Below are positions 24,624-38,050 of a DNA stretch of 64,000 nucleotides, in pieces. Each line of letters starts with the position of its first letter. Within the stretch, counting starts at the first letter, position 1. Location: NCBI RefSeq assembly GCF_030028105.1, contig NC_092389.1:29823308-29887307 (forward strand), written 5' to 3'. The DNA comes from Mobula birostris. Taxonomy: Eukaryota. A model generated the notes under the pieces. That model was not told the DNA's origin, did no database searches, and saw nothing but the letters and a program-made list of their open reading frames with translations. The position numbers and the translations under genes are program-made.

Positions 24624-24703
24624 CAAGGGTTCCCAACCTTTTTTATGCCATGGAGTCTTGCCATTAACCAAGGGGTCCTTGGATGCCAGGTTGGGAACCC
24701 CTG
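24624..24703. mobile_element. Tiny hAT-type MITE
   Basis: TIRs caagggttcccaacc / ggttgggaacccctg; no clear TSD. Confidence 0.65.
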
Positions 24704-24999
24704 GAGTGGGACTGTGACGAAGGGAAGCATTTTTACAATGATGCAGCTTGGGAGCTGCCAGTTCTCAGTGTAACAGATCAATGATGCTTGATTTATAGCA
24801 TTGTGGATCAGTGGAGGATTGGGTTTCTTTCACTTGTCATTAGTGGTAAGAAACTGAGAAGTTGATCTTCAGAAGCAGTTACTTCAGACCCTTTATGTAG
24901 ACATAGCGGCATTGCGTTGTGGGGTGAATCTACAATAATGTCAAAGTGAAATGTAAAGAGCGATATGAAGGTGGAATTTATGTAATGTTTGGTTCTCAG

Positions 25000-25094
25000 G
25001 AGTCAGGGAGCAGCAGTCACTCTCTTAACACCTCAGCAGTTACAGAGGAAGTTCCCATGGATCAACACAGATGGCATTGCTTTGGCTTCATATG
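25000..25094 (+). CDS. FOXRED1: FOXRED1 exon 5
   Basis: [31 protein letters not shown]; 95 nt; |gtgagt. Confidence 0.96.
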
Positions 25095-26844
25095 GTGAGT
25101 CCATCTTGGAAAGTAACTGATAATAAAAATTATAATTATTTAAAAACTGACTATTTTGAAGAATGTGTGAAATATCATTGCATTTTAGCGGGCTGTTGTT
25201 AAAACTACTAAATGCTGGTCAAGTGTAGAACAACTAAATCCAGCATGTAATACTATTCAACCCCAGCACACTGCATCACCCAAGCTCTGAAGAAGAAAAC
25301 TGAAAGCTGTTTTTCCATTCATTGGAGCAGCCAAACTGTTGAATTTCTCAATGACATCTGTTTTGAAATAGTAGAAATGTTATACCGTGGTCTCCTGATT
25401 ACCAAGAATGAGGATAGGTCTATCTGAAATTTAAAATCTATGATTAGCAGATTGGAGGGATTTGCATCTAACATTCTCTGTTGAATTTTAATACTCACCA
25501 TAAAATTGCACTACTTACTATAAAATGGCTGATCTTAACAAATTGCAATTAAAGAGATCTCCACAATCTCATGATAGCACCGTTCATGAAAATCCATGGT
25601 TATGGCGATAAGGCAGGAACTGGATACTGATTGTGGATGATCAGCCATGATCACAGTGAATGGCGGTGCTGGCTCGAAGGGCCGAATGGCCTACTCCTGC
25701 ACCTATTGTCTATTGTCCAAATTCCATTTCATGCTCCCAATATTAATGTAATGTAGTAAGTGTTCCTGGTCGTGAGTTTGTAAGTGAAAAAGAGTTGAAC
25801 ATCTCTTGATACTGACGTCCGACTTGTATCTCCCCCTTTCCCAGTTCTAACAAAAAGTCACAGACCCAAACTGTTGACTGTTTCTCTTTCCATAAATGGT
25901 GCTTGTCCTTCTAGGTTTTCTGACATTTACTCTTTATTTTAGATTTCCAGCATCTATGTAGAGTGGTGTATTTTCCCCATTTTCCCCTTAACCAAGAATT
26001 AGATTGTGAGATAATGTTTTGTTTCTGAAGTTCCAGTTTGTGGGATTGTATTTAATTGCAGTTACAAAAGAGACCAAAAAACAACGCAGAGAGAACTTGG
26101 TGAATATCACAACAACAGATATCTTTTTATGGATTAACCTTGGTAAACGACCTGAGCTTATTTAGTTAAGTGTTAAGAAAACCATTATGCACACATGGAA
26201 TATGGTCAAAAGTTTATCAACTATTTGGCTTTATGAAATGCCTAAAGGAAGAAAGAAAGGCTGAAATTCCAGAGCTGAAGGCATGAGTCCCAGTGTAAAG
26301 GTAATTTAAGTTTAGTTATGATGAAGTAGGCCATGAAACGTTTTAGGTAAGATTGAAAATTTAAAAATCAAAGCATTGTGCAATTGAAAACCCATGTATG
26401 TCAACAACTTTGGCAGATAAAAATCCATTATTACCAATTTGATATATTGATGAACTATTGGGAATATAGATTTTAAGGCTGAAAAAGGTTGCACTACATG
26501 ATTCCAAAAGCAGAAGAGGAATTTTGTTGTGCATACTCGTCAACCAAAAGCATCAGTGATTAAAGAAAAAAGACGCATGTGCTTACTTCCCACTTCCAAG
26601 TAATTTGATTCAATCATTGGTTTTAAGTGCATCTGATGGGCATTTAAGATCATTAGTTTTCAATTTGTGCTTTGTAATTGTACCTGGACCAAAACTGAAA
26701 TTCTGCTGTCTATGGAATGACTGGCATTGGGATAGCAAATGTTACCCTAAAAGGATCTAGGTGGAAGTAAAACTCCAGTAAAATGAAAATGCAAACTTTT
26801 CTGAATTTGCCTACAAGTTGTTCATTTTATGATCTGTGGCGTAG

Positions 26845-26946
26845 GTTTGGAGAATGAAGGCTGGTTCGATCCCTGGCTACTACTGAATGCATTCCGTAGG
26901 AAGGCCATCTCAATGGGCGTTCATCAGTGTCATGGAGAGGTGGTGG
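26845..26946 (+). CDS. FOXRED1: FOXRED1 exon 6
   Basis: GLENEGWFDPWLLLNAFRRKAISMGVHQCHGEVV; 102 nt; |gtaagg. Confidence 0.97.
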
Positions 26947-27831
26947 GTAAGGACATGTGTATATTTAAAAACGCAAGTAGCCGCAGGAGTAGGTCATTTG
27001 GGCCATCAAACCTGCTATGCCTTTCGTGTCTCACTTTTCTATCTTAACACCATTATCCAGCAGTGTCCCATTGACCCTTGATTATGTTAATGTGCAGAAA
27101 TATTCAGTGCTGTTTTATTTTGTTTTGAGTGAACTCAACAACTGAGCCTCCTCAGCTTTTTTGGCTAGAGAGTACATCACCCTTTGTATGAAGACATTTC
27201 TGCTAATCTTAGTCCTAAATATCTTGACCCTTATTCTCCAACTGTGTTCCTTGGTCAGGGAAAACATACTCCTTCCACCTGGCTTGTCAAGCCTTTCAAG
27301 CAGTTGGCCTCTAATCAATTGGGTTTTGCAGCTCCTTGACAGTTGGAAGTTGTTTGTAGGAGCTCATTTTACAGATTAAGCTGATAATCTTGGTCACTTT
27401 TATGTGCCATTGTCTGAAAGAGAGAATTTAATTCATACGGTACCTTCTTTTACACCCAGTTGTTGCTGAAATGGGAGTACAGCCAATGAGTCACTGTTAA
27501 TGTCTGAGACACAAATATAATCCATCCAATTGAGTTGCCATCACAAAGCCCACAGCAATATGAGAAGTAAATCTAAGAATACTTGGTTCCATTCTTTTTG
27601 CCACTCACAATGTGGTGTATAAATACTGTTTTGTTCTGTGCATCTTATTGTGAAGAAAATATTTGAAAGATGGATGCTGTTTCCATAAGATGTAGGCCAT
27701 TTGGCTCATCGAGTCTGTTCTGCCATTTGACCTTAGCTGATTTATTTTCTCTCTCAACCGCATTCTCCTGCCCTCTCCCTGTAACCTTTGATGCCCTTAC
27801 TAATCAAGAACCTGTCAAACTCTGCTTTAAA

Positions 27832-30520
27832 CATCGTCAGCTCCTGGGTACACAGAGGCTCCATCTTCCTCTCACCCCAACCCTCCCCTCTCCATTGACA
27901 CCCCCAGCCTCCCCCCTCCCCCCTCTGATCCCAGCTCTCATCTGTGCCGGGTCTTTACCATCCCCTCCGACCTTCAACTGTCGGAGGCAGAGCGCTCTAT
28001 CCTCAGTAGGGGCCTCACCTTTTTCCCCCTTCGCCCACACCTCAGCGAGTTCCGTGTTCGCCACGATGCGGAACTCTTCTTCCGCAGTCTCCGTCTCCGA
28101 GCCTACTTCTTCGGCAAGGACTCTTCCACCCCCACCGATGACCCCTTCTCCCGTCTTCAACCCTCCTCTTCTTCATGGACACCCCGCTCTGGTCTTCTGC
28201 CTGCTCTGGATCTCTTTATCGCTAATTGCCGACGGGACATCAACCGTCTCGACTTCACCGCACCTTGTCCCCATTCCAACCTCACTGCTTCGGAATGCTC
28301 TGCTCTCCACTCCCTCCGCACTAATCCTAACCTTATTATTAAACCCGCCGATAAGGGGGGTGCTGTTGTAGTCTGGCGTACTGACCTCTACCTTGCCGAG
28401 GCACAGCGACAACTCGCGGATACCTCCTCTTATTTACCCCTCAATCGTGACCCCACTAAGGAGCACCAGGCCATTGTCTCCCACACCATCACCGATTTTA
28501 TCCGCTCAGGGGATCTCCCATCCACTGCTACCAACCTTATAGTTCCCACACCTCGCACTTCCCGTTTCTGTCTCCTACCCAAGATCCACAAACCTGCCTG
28601 TCCTGGCCGACCTATTGTCTCAGCTTGCTCCTGTCCTACCGAACTCGTTTCTGCATACCTCAACACGGTTTTATCCCCCCTTGTTCAATCCCTTCCTACC
28701 TATGTTCGTGACACTTCTCACGCTCTTAAACTTTTCGATGATTTTAAGTTCCCTGGCCCCCACCGCTTTATTTTCACCATGGATGTCCAGTCCCTATATA
28801 CTTCCATCCCCCATCAGGAAGGTCTCAAAGCTCCACGCTTCTTTTTGGATTCCAGACCTAATCAGTTCCCCTGTACCACCACTCTGCTCCGTCTAGCGGA
28901 ATTAGACCTTACTCTTAATAATTTCTCCTTTGGCTCCTCCCACTTCCTCCAAACTAAAGGTGTAGCTATGGGCACCCGTATGGGTCCTAGCTATGCCTGC
29001 CTTTTTGTTGGCTTTGTGGAACAATCTATGTTCCGTGCCTATTCTGGTATCTGTCCCCCACTTTTCCTTCGCTACATCGACGACTGCATTGGCGCTGCTT
29101 CCTGCACGCATGCAGAACTCGTTGACTTTATTAACTTTGCCTCCAACTTTCACCCTGCCCTCAAGTTTACCTGGTCCATTTCCGACACCTCCCTCCCCTT
29201 TCCAGATCTTTCTGTCTCTGTCTCTGGAGACAGCTTATCCACTGATGTCTACTATAAGCCTACTGACTCTCACAGCTATCTGGACTATTCCTCTTCTCAC
29301 CCTGTCTCTTGCAAAAACGCCATCCCCTTCTCGCAATTCCTCCGTCTCCGCTGCATCTGCTCTCAGGATGAGGCTTTTCATTCTAGGACGAGGGAGATGT
29401 CTTCCTTTTTTTAAAGAAAGGGGCTTCCCTTCCTCCACTATCAACTCTGCTCTTAAACGCATCTCCCCCATTTCACGTACATCTGCTCTCACTCCATCCT
29501 CCCGCCACCCCACGGAATAGGGTTCCCCTGGTCCTCACCTACCACCCCACCAGCCTCCGGGTCCAACATATTATTCTTCGTAACTTCCGCCACCAACGGG
29601 ATCCCACCACTAAGCACATCTTTCCCTCCCCCCCCCCCCCCCCGCTTTCCGCAGGGATCACTCCCTACGTGACTCCCTTGTCCATTCGTCCCCACCATCC
29701 CTCCCCACTGATCTCCCTCCTGGCACTTATCCGTGTAAGCGGAACAAGTGCTACACATGCCCTTACACTTCCTCCCTTACCACCATTCAGGGCCCCAAAC
29801 AGTCCTTCCAGGTGAGGCGACACCTCACCTGTTAGTCGGCTGGGGTGATATACTGCGTCCGGTCCTCCTGATGTGGGCTTCTATATATTGGCGAGACCCG
29901 ACGCAGACTGGGAGACCGCTCTGCTCTGTCCGCCAGAGAAAGCAGGATCTCCCAGTGACCACACATTTTAATTCCACATCCCATTCCCATTCTGACATGT
30001 CTATCCACGGCCTCCTCTATTGTAAAGATGAAGCCACACTCAGGTTGGAGGAACAACACCTTGTATTCCGTCTGGGTAGCCTCCAACCTGATGGCATGAA
30101 CATTGACTTCTCTAACTTCCGCTAATGCCCCACCTCCCCCTCGTACCCCATCTGTTATTTATTTTTATACACACATTCTTTCTCTCACTCTCCTTTTTCT
30201 CCCTCTGTCCCTCTGAATATACCCCTTGCCCATCCTCTGGGTCCCCCCCCCCCCGCCTTGTCTTTCTTCCCGGACCTCCTGTCCCATGATCCTCTCGTAT
30301 CCCTTTTGCCAATTACCTGTCCAGCTCTTGGCTCTATCCCTCCCCCTCCTGTCTTCTCCTATCATTTTGGATCTCCCCCTCCCCCTCCAACTTTCAAATC
30401 TCTTAGTCACTCTTCCTTCAGTTAGTCCTGATGAAGGTCTTGGCCTGAAACGTCGACTGTACCTCTTCCTAGAGATACTGCCTGGCCTGCTGCGTTCACC
30501 AGCAACTTTGATGTGTGTTG
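27832..30520 (+). mobile_element. Penelope-like element, longest copy (RT, GIY-YIG, pLTR with hammerhead), nested in a CR1 3' fragment (~27686-30690)
   Basis: IKPADKGG, PKIHKP, MDVQSLYTSI, RYIDD, YYKPTD motifs; GIY-YIG remnant; 6-bp TSD tttaaa; host CR1 reads through when the insert is removed. Confidence 0.94.
30424..30458 (+). ncRNA. Minimal type I hammerhead ribozyme motif in PLE pLTR
   Basis: agtc-CTGATGA-aggtcttggcct-GAAAC-GTC-gact: stem I agtc/gact, stem II, intact core boxes, GUC cleavage triplet, palindromic ACGT stem III. Confidence 0.75.
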
Positions 30521-33405
30521 TTTAAATATAGCCAATGACTTGGCCTCCATAGCTGTCTGTGGCAATGAATTCTACAGATTCACCACCCTCTGGCTGAAGA
30601 TATTCATCCTCATCTCTGTTCTAAAGGGGCGTCCTACTTTGAGGTTGTGTTCTCTGGTCCTGGACTCCCCCACCAGAGGAAACATCCACTTCTCGCTCAG
30701 CAGTTCCACAGCATGATTTCACTCGGGCATTGTCTGAGTTCTGTAAGTTCAGCCAGCGATGGTTCCAAGAGGTTCAATGAAAAGAAATGTGGCAAATACT
30801 CCATTTCCTTCTCCCTCCCTCATGCCAACTATTTAATATTAATTCTTCACATTTATTCAGCTCGCTTTTGCTGTCAATTGCCATCATGTTAGGCAGTGGG
30901 TTGTTCCACTGGAAAAAATGCAGAAAGGATTTACAAGGATAATGCCAGACTGGAGATTCTGAGTCAAAAGGAGAGGTCGGCCAGGCTAGATCATTATTCT
31001 TTGGGGCGTAAGAGAGTGAGGGATGACCTTGTAGCTACAGTATGTTTAGAAATTAAGAGCCGTTGATAAGGTGGATAAGTCTTTTCCCCAAGGTAGGGGA
31101 GTCCAAATTGAGGAGTTGTTTATTTAGGATGAGAGAGAAAAGGGACCTAATTGCAATTTTTTCATGCAGCAGGTAGTGAGACGCTAGAGGAAGTGATTGA
31201 GATACAACAGTATCATTTAAAAAGCACTTGAATAGGTGCATACAGTGGCAGGATGTGGAGGGATATGGGCCAAATGCAGGAAATAGGACTAGCTGGGTGA
31301 TCACCATGGTCAGCATGAACTTGTTGGGCCAAAGGGCTTCTATCCATGCTCTTTGCTCAGACTAAATTTATTGTCAGGACAGACGTATCCAGTGTATAAA
31401 TGCCATGAAAAATAGCTGTTTGCAGCAGCTGTAGCTCGGTACAGAATTGGCAAACCTAAAATTACATATAGTAACAGATTATATACAATTTGCATGACAA
31501 AATAAACACAACGTTAGCATAAATTGAGTATAGTCTGAGGTAGTATTTGGGTTTTTTCATATCAGTTCAAGAACCTGATGGCAGTGGGGAAGAAGTTGTT
31601 GAACCTTGAAGTGTGTGCCTTCCTATTTCTGTATTTCCTGCCTGATAGCAGCAACAAGAAGACCTAGGCGATGGGTGTCCTTCGGTGGAACAATTGCCCC
31701 AAAGACCTTGGCTTTTTTATATTTGAAAAACCAGCCATGAATAATAGTTGTTTTTGCTAGTTAGCTAGTATCTAGAAAGATTAGTTTCCAGCCTCCGATG
31801 AATATTTAGGTTTATTTTAGCACCTTAGCTGCTATTCCAGCTGAGATAGGCTGTCAGCATAAATTTGGAATTGATCAAAAATCTTGTGATCGTATGACCT
31901 AGTTTGTAACTATAACCTGGTTAATTCTGGATCTGCTATTACCTCTATTGTTAAGTTTCACATACAACTAGCTTCAGGGGTCAGAGAAGTTAAGTAAATT
32001 GTCCATGTTTTGCTAATATCACATTGGCAACTGCAAACCATTGGGTGTGGTTTTTGGCAGTGAATGTGAATTCTTAAGTTAAAATGTGGCAGCACAATAA
32101 CAGGGTACAAAATTAGTGCAGAAAATAGCAGATTTAGAAATGGTGCCACACAGTTATCAGAAAGCTGCTCAGTAGGAAAACAGAAGAAAAGCAATCCTTG
32201 AACATTGAATAAACAAAATGATAGTAGAGTTTCAGAACGTGCTACAATCTGAAGTAAAATTACCAAGTGCTTTGCCCACACCTGAGGCACATTACATTCT
32301 GTATTGCAGCTCCATTTTTTTCTCTAAAGGTGAAACATATTTGATTATAATCATAACTTTTTCAGCAAACTATAAACCCAGTGTGGAGAGGCTTGACCCT
32401 ATTTCTTAGCCTAGGTGTTGTGGGGGGGGGGGGGGGAAGCTTATTTTTCACTTGAATTCATCCATTCTGTACAGAAAATTCTGTTATGCTTTAGTTTACA
32501 AAATTCCAAAACTTAAGGTAAAACGTGTTTGCTTATACAATGGAAAGTAACATTGTGTTGTCAAGTTTTTATTAAACTGCTTTGGATCTTGCCAACTAAA
32601 TACTTGAGAATTTCTGCAGAACTTTGCCTGATATGCTATAGATCTTCACCCTCCTTTTCTGACACCCTAACCAACCCATGATGCTCTTTTCCTTGTGTAG
32701 TCCCATGATTTATTGTATTGTACACAATCCTGCACATAGGCATTGAGCTGCGAACAATGCCTATTATTTTGGTTATGCATGTCAAGGGAAATGGTGTTAA
32801 GGTAATAGATGAGCCACGATCTTGAATCCTAGAGTAGGTTTGAGAAATTTACTGGCCCACTCAACACCTAATTCCAATATTCTTTTGTTACCTATTCATT
32901 TTTTCAAAAGAAATTGACCTTAAAAGCTGTCAATAGCAGATAGTTGCATCACTGATGTCACACTGGATATGAAGTTTATGCATCTTAAGACCCAGATGCA
33001 ATTTATTATAAATGACCTCATACCAACATATAATTGCTAACTTACCAATGACTTCTGTCAGGCAAATTATAGACTCTTTTGCCTTTCAAAGACAAATTGT
33101 CCATTCAAATCATTGTCTTATATCTAACTATTGACAAAATATGTGCAGCAGGGGGATATTACATAACCACAAGTTGCACTATTTTGTTTAAAAAGAAGTG
33201 AACAGGAACATCCAAGGCATTATCCAAAATTAGAGGCTTTTTTATGAAATAGTCTTGATTTTACAAAAGGTACTTGGGGGAACAAAAGGTGCTTGTGGAA
33301 GGACTTGTCTGCATGCATTGAAGAGTGTGAGTTCAGTAAAATTTTGCACAGTTAAAATGGAAAGTTTTAAAATGCTGTGAACTAAAAGTGCTGATACTTA
33401 GCAAA

Positions 33406-34210
33406 CACTGGATGACAATTTTTTTTCCAAAAGTGTTCCTTCCAGAGAAATTGTATTGTGGTTATGATAGACTGCTGGAAGCAAAACACAGATATAATTT
33501 CAGACTACTTGTATCATGTAGGAATTTGCAGAAACTATCAACTAACTTTTGAATATAATGTATTTAATTACATAATGGTACCGAAGCTTTGCAATAGTTC
33601 AACTGAGCTAAAAATGTTCTGTTGATAATTTTCATTTGTACTTGGTGTCTGAGGTTTCTTGCTCAAGTGTCCAACAATAATTAGCCAGCATTGATGGATT
33701 TCAGTTACACTGACGCTGTTTCTCCATGACTGCAATGTCCTGGTAAAACCTTTCACCATGCTTATTACTGACAGTGCTAATATTTGCAGGGAAGAAGTCT
33801 AAATGGTAATGCAGAAAATGAATCTTTAGTGACATGTTGCATTTCATGGTTTTGTATGCTTGAAGCATGTTGTCAACCAGCTGCATGTAGTTTGATGCTC
33901 TGTAGTTGCCAAGAAAAATTTCAAAAGCATCGTTGAATGGCTTCAATGCAATTTTCTCTGGTTGACTGGAGGTTCTTCAAATTGCCTGTCATTGATGACC
34001 TGTTTGATTTGTGGGCCAACAAAAATGCCTGCCTTAATCTTGGCATCAGTTATTCTGATTTGATTTTATGAATTGAAGTAACAAATATAGACTATTTCAA
34101 CAAAAATGGTGCATAATAGAGAAATTTCATGGCAATTTTCATGATCAGCAGCCCAAAATCAGTAAGATACCCAAAAGTATTCAGGAAGTAAAATCTTTAC
34201 TTGCCAGCAG
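33406..34210 (-). mobile_element. Chapaev3-like (CMC superfamily) DNA transposon deletion derivative
   Basis: CNMSLKIHFLHYHLDFFP..VSNKHGERFYQDI transposase C-terminus; CAC terminus at 33406. Confidence 0.7.
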
Positions 34211-35525
34211 AATCAGCAAATGGCATTTGTGAAAAAGAATGTCTTTACAATAATGTGGAAAGGTCAGGAGCAGGAGATGGACTTCAGACTGTATGTCTCA
34301 AAACCCTCAAAGGGGGTGGAAGAGGTCAGAAGTTGTTCAAATGAAATGGGGAATGCTTTCCTTTATCAGTCAAGGTATAAAATGTAAGAGCAAGGAGTTA
34401 CTCTTGAACTCTGTACTCGTTTGATCTCAATTTGAGCACCTTGTACAATCCTGTGGAAAAGAGGTGAAGGAGGTTTAAGTTTATTGCCAGGATTGATTTT
34501 TATTTAAGTTAGATTTAGATATTAAGCTAGGGTTTTATTATGGGGCTAAAGAGGTTAAGGAGGGATTAAAGCCAAGTCTCATAAAATTGAGAGCCTCCTA
34601 GATGGAGCAAATGGGAATGAGTTCTTTGAGGGAAATAACTTTTTCCTATTTCCTCCATTGGTCAAAAACCATGGGGTAAAAGATTTGGAGAGAGAACAAA
34701 ATTATTTTGTGGAGGAGAGGGTGGAGGTGTGGAATGCACTGCTGTCAGAGGCAGAAATTCTATTGGATTTACAGTATTTGGATGTGTTTGTGAAGAACCC
34801 TGAACCCTGATCCATGAACCTGTAGTTGGAGGTGGGATGAGCTGCAAAGCGTGTTTTGATCAACACAGTTGAGATGGCTGAATGAATGGCCTGTGTTACG
34901 AATTTTCTATAATTTCGTTAGTTGGAATGAAATTAACAATGTGATAAATGTTTTTCTGACAGTTCTTAGGGGAAATAAAGACTTTTTCCAACATTTTCCA
35001 CCTATTAGAGGTTGAAATCTGAATATACATTATGGTAAAATCAAAACATTTATGGTTGAAATGGGATATGAAGGCTGTCGTTGATGTGAACGGGGCCTAT
35101 CTACTTGGTTTCACAGGAAAGGGGCACATTCTAGCTGTGTTTGTTATGATGCAATCTGGGACCTTGATGTTAGTAAGCGTTACTGATGTTCTTGCTTCCT
35201 AACCAGCACTGAGGTAAATGTTGATACGTAATCTCTACTTCAATGTTGGTAACTATATTTTAATACTACTAAAAAACTAATCCGCCATTTATGCTAACAC
35301 CAGCTCCACAGAATAAGAGATTGTAGACAAACCAGTTTTACTTTAATCATGATGCAGGGAGAAGTTCAGAGCTCATTATCCATGTTTGGTGTTTTGCCAT
35401 TGAAATAGTGGTTCAATTTTCTGCTATTGTTGGAAGGTGGTGGAGGCTTTGTTTTTTTGATGAGATGATGCTAAATGAACTGACCAATTAACATTATGCT
35501 TTAAAAATTTTCAATATTGTGATAG

Positions 35526-35602
35526 GTTTTCAACATTCCACCAGAGACATGGAGGCAGATGACGGCAGCACCATCTCATTGAAAAGAATTCACCACGTCA
35601 TT
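35526..35602 (+). CDS. FOXRED1: FOXRED1 exon 7
   Basis: GFQHSTRDMEADDGSTISLKRIHHVI (cf. human ..TTDDKAVVLKRIHEVH); 77 nt; weak donor ATT|GTACGA. Confidence 0.9.
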
Positions 35603-36736
35603 GTACGAGAAGTATTTTTGTACTTGGTCTTTTCACTGTTCACACTTCCATTCTATCCTAAAAGCACTTTTTAAAAATAGAAACAGAAACTTGTTCAGTT
35701 CTTTGAAGCTGTTCTACCTTTCAGTTAGATCTTGACTAATCTGTAACACAACATCCCTGTTTTGGCTTGACTATCCTTTATGGCCAAGAAGGGTAGATCA
35801 ATAATGAATACATGGTATGTTGGGAACACTCGGCAGGTCTGGTAGTGTCTATGGAGAAAAACAAAATTGACATAAAAGGTCAATAACCATTCATTGATAC
35901 TAATGTGAAATTTGTCTTTGCTTTCTTTTGAGTTCTTCAAAAGAAGCATATACTTTAGATTTCTGCTACTTTTGTGTTAAGAAATGCTTTCCAACCACAC
36001 CCTGAAAGACATGGCTCCAATTTTGAGGTTTAGCCCGCTTGTTTTGATTGTTCCCACCAAAGGGAATTTTTTTGTTTACTATTTCAATTCCCTTCTAACA
36101 TCACAGTGAGCATGTTAATCTGCTGTTGTGTAGGAATAAAAAAAAATTTCCTCATTCATCCTATTGCAGTTTATCCTTCATGATGTTGGTACTCTGAATC
36201 TAAATTCTTTCACCTCCAAAATCAATATGTACAGAGCCACAAACAAGAAAATCTGCAGATGCTGGAAATCCGAGCAACACACTACAAAATGCTGGAGGAA
36301 CTCAGCAGACCAGGCAGCATCTATGGCAAAGAGTACAGTTGACGTTTCAGGCCGAAACATTCTAGCATTTTGTGTGTGATGCACAGAACCAAATGCAATT
36401 CTCTAAATATAACTAGTGTTTTATGATATTACAGCACTTAACTTCAGCCCCATGTCAGAGTATAATCAAGTCAGTTTATCACTAATCACTTGCCCTCATG
36501 GAAACTAAGTCAAGCTGGTTACCAGGTAACTGTTAAATGCAAGAGATTCTGCAGATGCTGGAAATCCTGAAGCAACACACAAAATGCTGGAGGAACTCAG
36601 CTAGTCAGGTAGCATCTGTGAAGGGGAATAAACAGTCAATATTTCAGCCTGAGCCTTCATTGTTTATTCCCCTCCATAGATGCTGCCTAACTTGCTCAAT
36701 TCCTCCTGCATTTTGTGTGTATGTGTTGCCAGATAA

Positions 36737-38050
36737 CACTAGACAGCAACTTTTTTTCGAAGTGTTGCTTCCTCAGAAATTTGTTGTTATGATAGGCTGA
36801 ATGCAAATATAACTTCAGACTACTTGAATTACATAGGAATTTGGAGAAACAACAAACTAACTTTTATTGAGTATAATGCATTTAATTGCATAACGGTGCT
36901 GACGCTTTGCAAAAGTTCAACTGAGCTAAAAATATTTTGATGATTTTCATTTGTATTCAGTATCTGAGGCTCTTTGCTTAAGTATCCTACAATAATCAGC
37001 CAGCATTGATATACCAATTGCTCTGCTACAGTTTTCCATGGCCGCAATGTCCTGGTGAAAACTTTCACCGTGCTCGTCACTGACAGTGCCAAGATTTGAA
37101 GGGATGAAGTCTAAATGGGAATGCAGAAAATGAATCTTGAGTGACATGTTGCACTTCATGGTTTTGTATGTTTGAAGCATGTCAACAACCAGCTGCATGT
37201 AGTTTGGTGCTCTGTAGTTGCCAAGAAAATTTTCAACATCCTTGAATGGTATCCGTGCAATTTTCTTTGGTCGACTAGAGCTTCTTCAAATTGCCTGTCA
37301 TTGATGACCTGCTTGATTTGTGGACCACCAAAATGTCTTCCTTAATCGTGGCATCATTTATTCTGGGGAAACGTCTGTCTCCAATATCAAAATCCTTCAT
37401 GGAAATTGTTGTTCCTCGTAGCAACAGATTCGATCCTTGCAGTCTTGAACCCAGTAATTCTGCTTTTGCCTTTGACAAACCCAAGTCCCTGACCAGATTA
37501 TTTAACTCAGATTGAGTTATCAGATGAGGCTCACTCAACATAAAGGATAAAATCTGTATCAGTATTGTTTTCCATTCCTGACTCGTGCATCATGGCATCT
37601 GCATTGTGCTCCTCTAGACTCAATGTCTCAGTACTGGAATACTCGTCATGTGGCACAGGTCTCATGACTGAAGGGAGATTGGGATATTCCATGGATTTCC
37701 TGTTTAGCAGGGAAACCAGAGACACTGGTCAGACAGAAATAGCAGTCTGTTATATGATCCTTCTGCTCTCGCTGTATCATCGGGGCAGTGAACGGCATTG
37801 GCTTCTGACTACCTCTAAACTAAGCTCTAAGATGACTGCACATGTTGCGCAACAAATGTGAGGAGCTCAAAATAGAGCTCGTAGGCTTTCTTAATAAGAG
37901 GATTCGTGTTCCATCTTTGAGATTTAAGCATACAGTTCCCACAAGTATCGCAGTTGTTGCAACATTGGCGAGACATTTTGCTATCACAAATACTGCTGAA
38001 AATACAATTACTTTATAATTAGCAGAGGTCATAAAACGGGCGATGAGCAA
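36737..38050 (-). mobile_element. Chapaev3-like DNA transposon, larger decayed copy
   Basis: PMIxRExKDHITDCYFCL N-terminal motif (~37710-37800), PHLITQSELNNLVRDLGLSKAKAELLGSRL, SLKIHFLHSHLDF...VSDEHGESFHQDI; taa-CAC terminus. Confidence 0.75.

Noticed and set aside
27670-28412. 233-aa Pro/Ser-rich ORF and antisense ORFs
   Set aside because: Off-frame readings of the C-rich PLE coding strand
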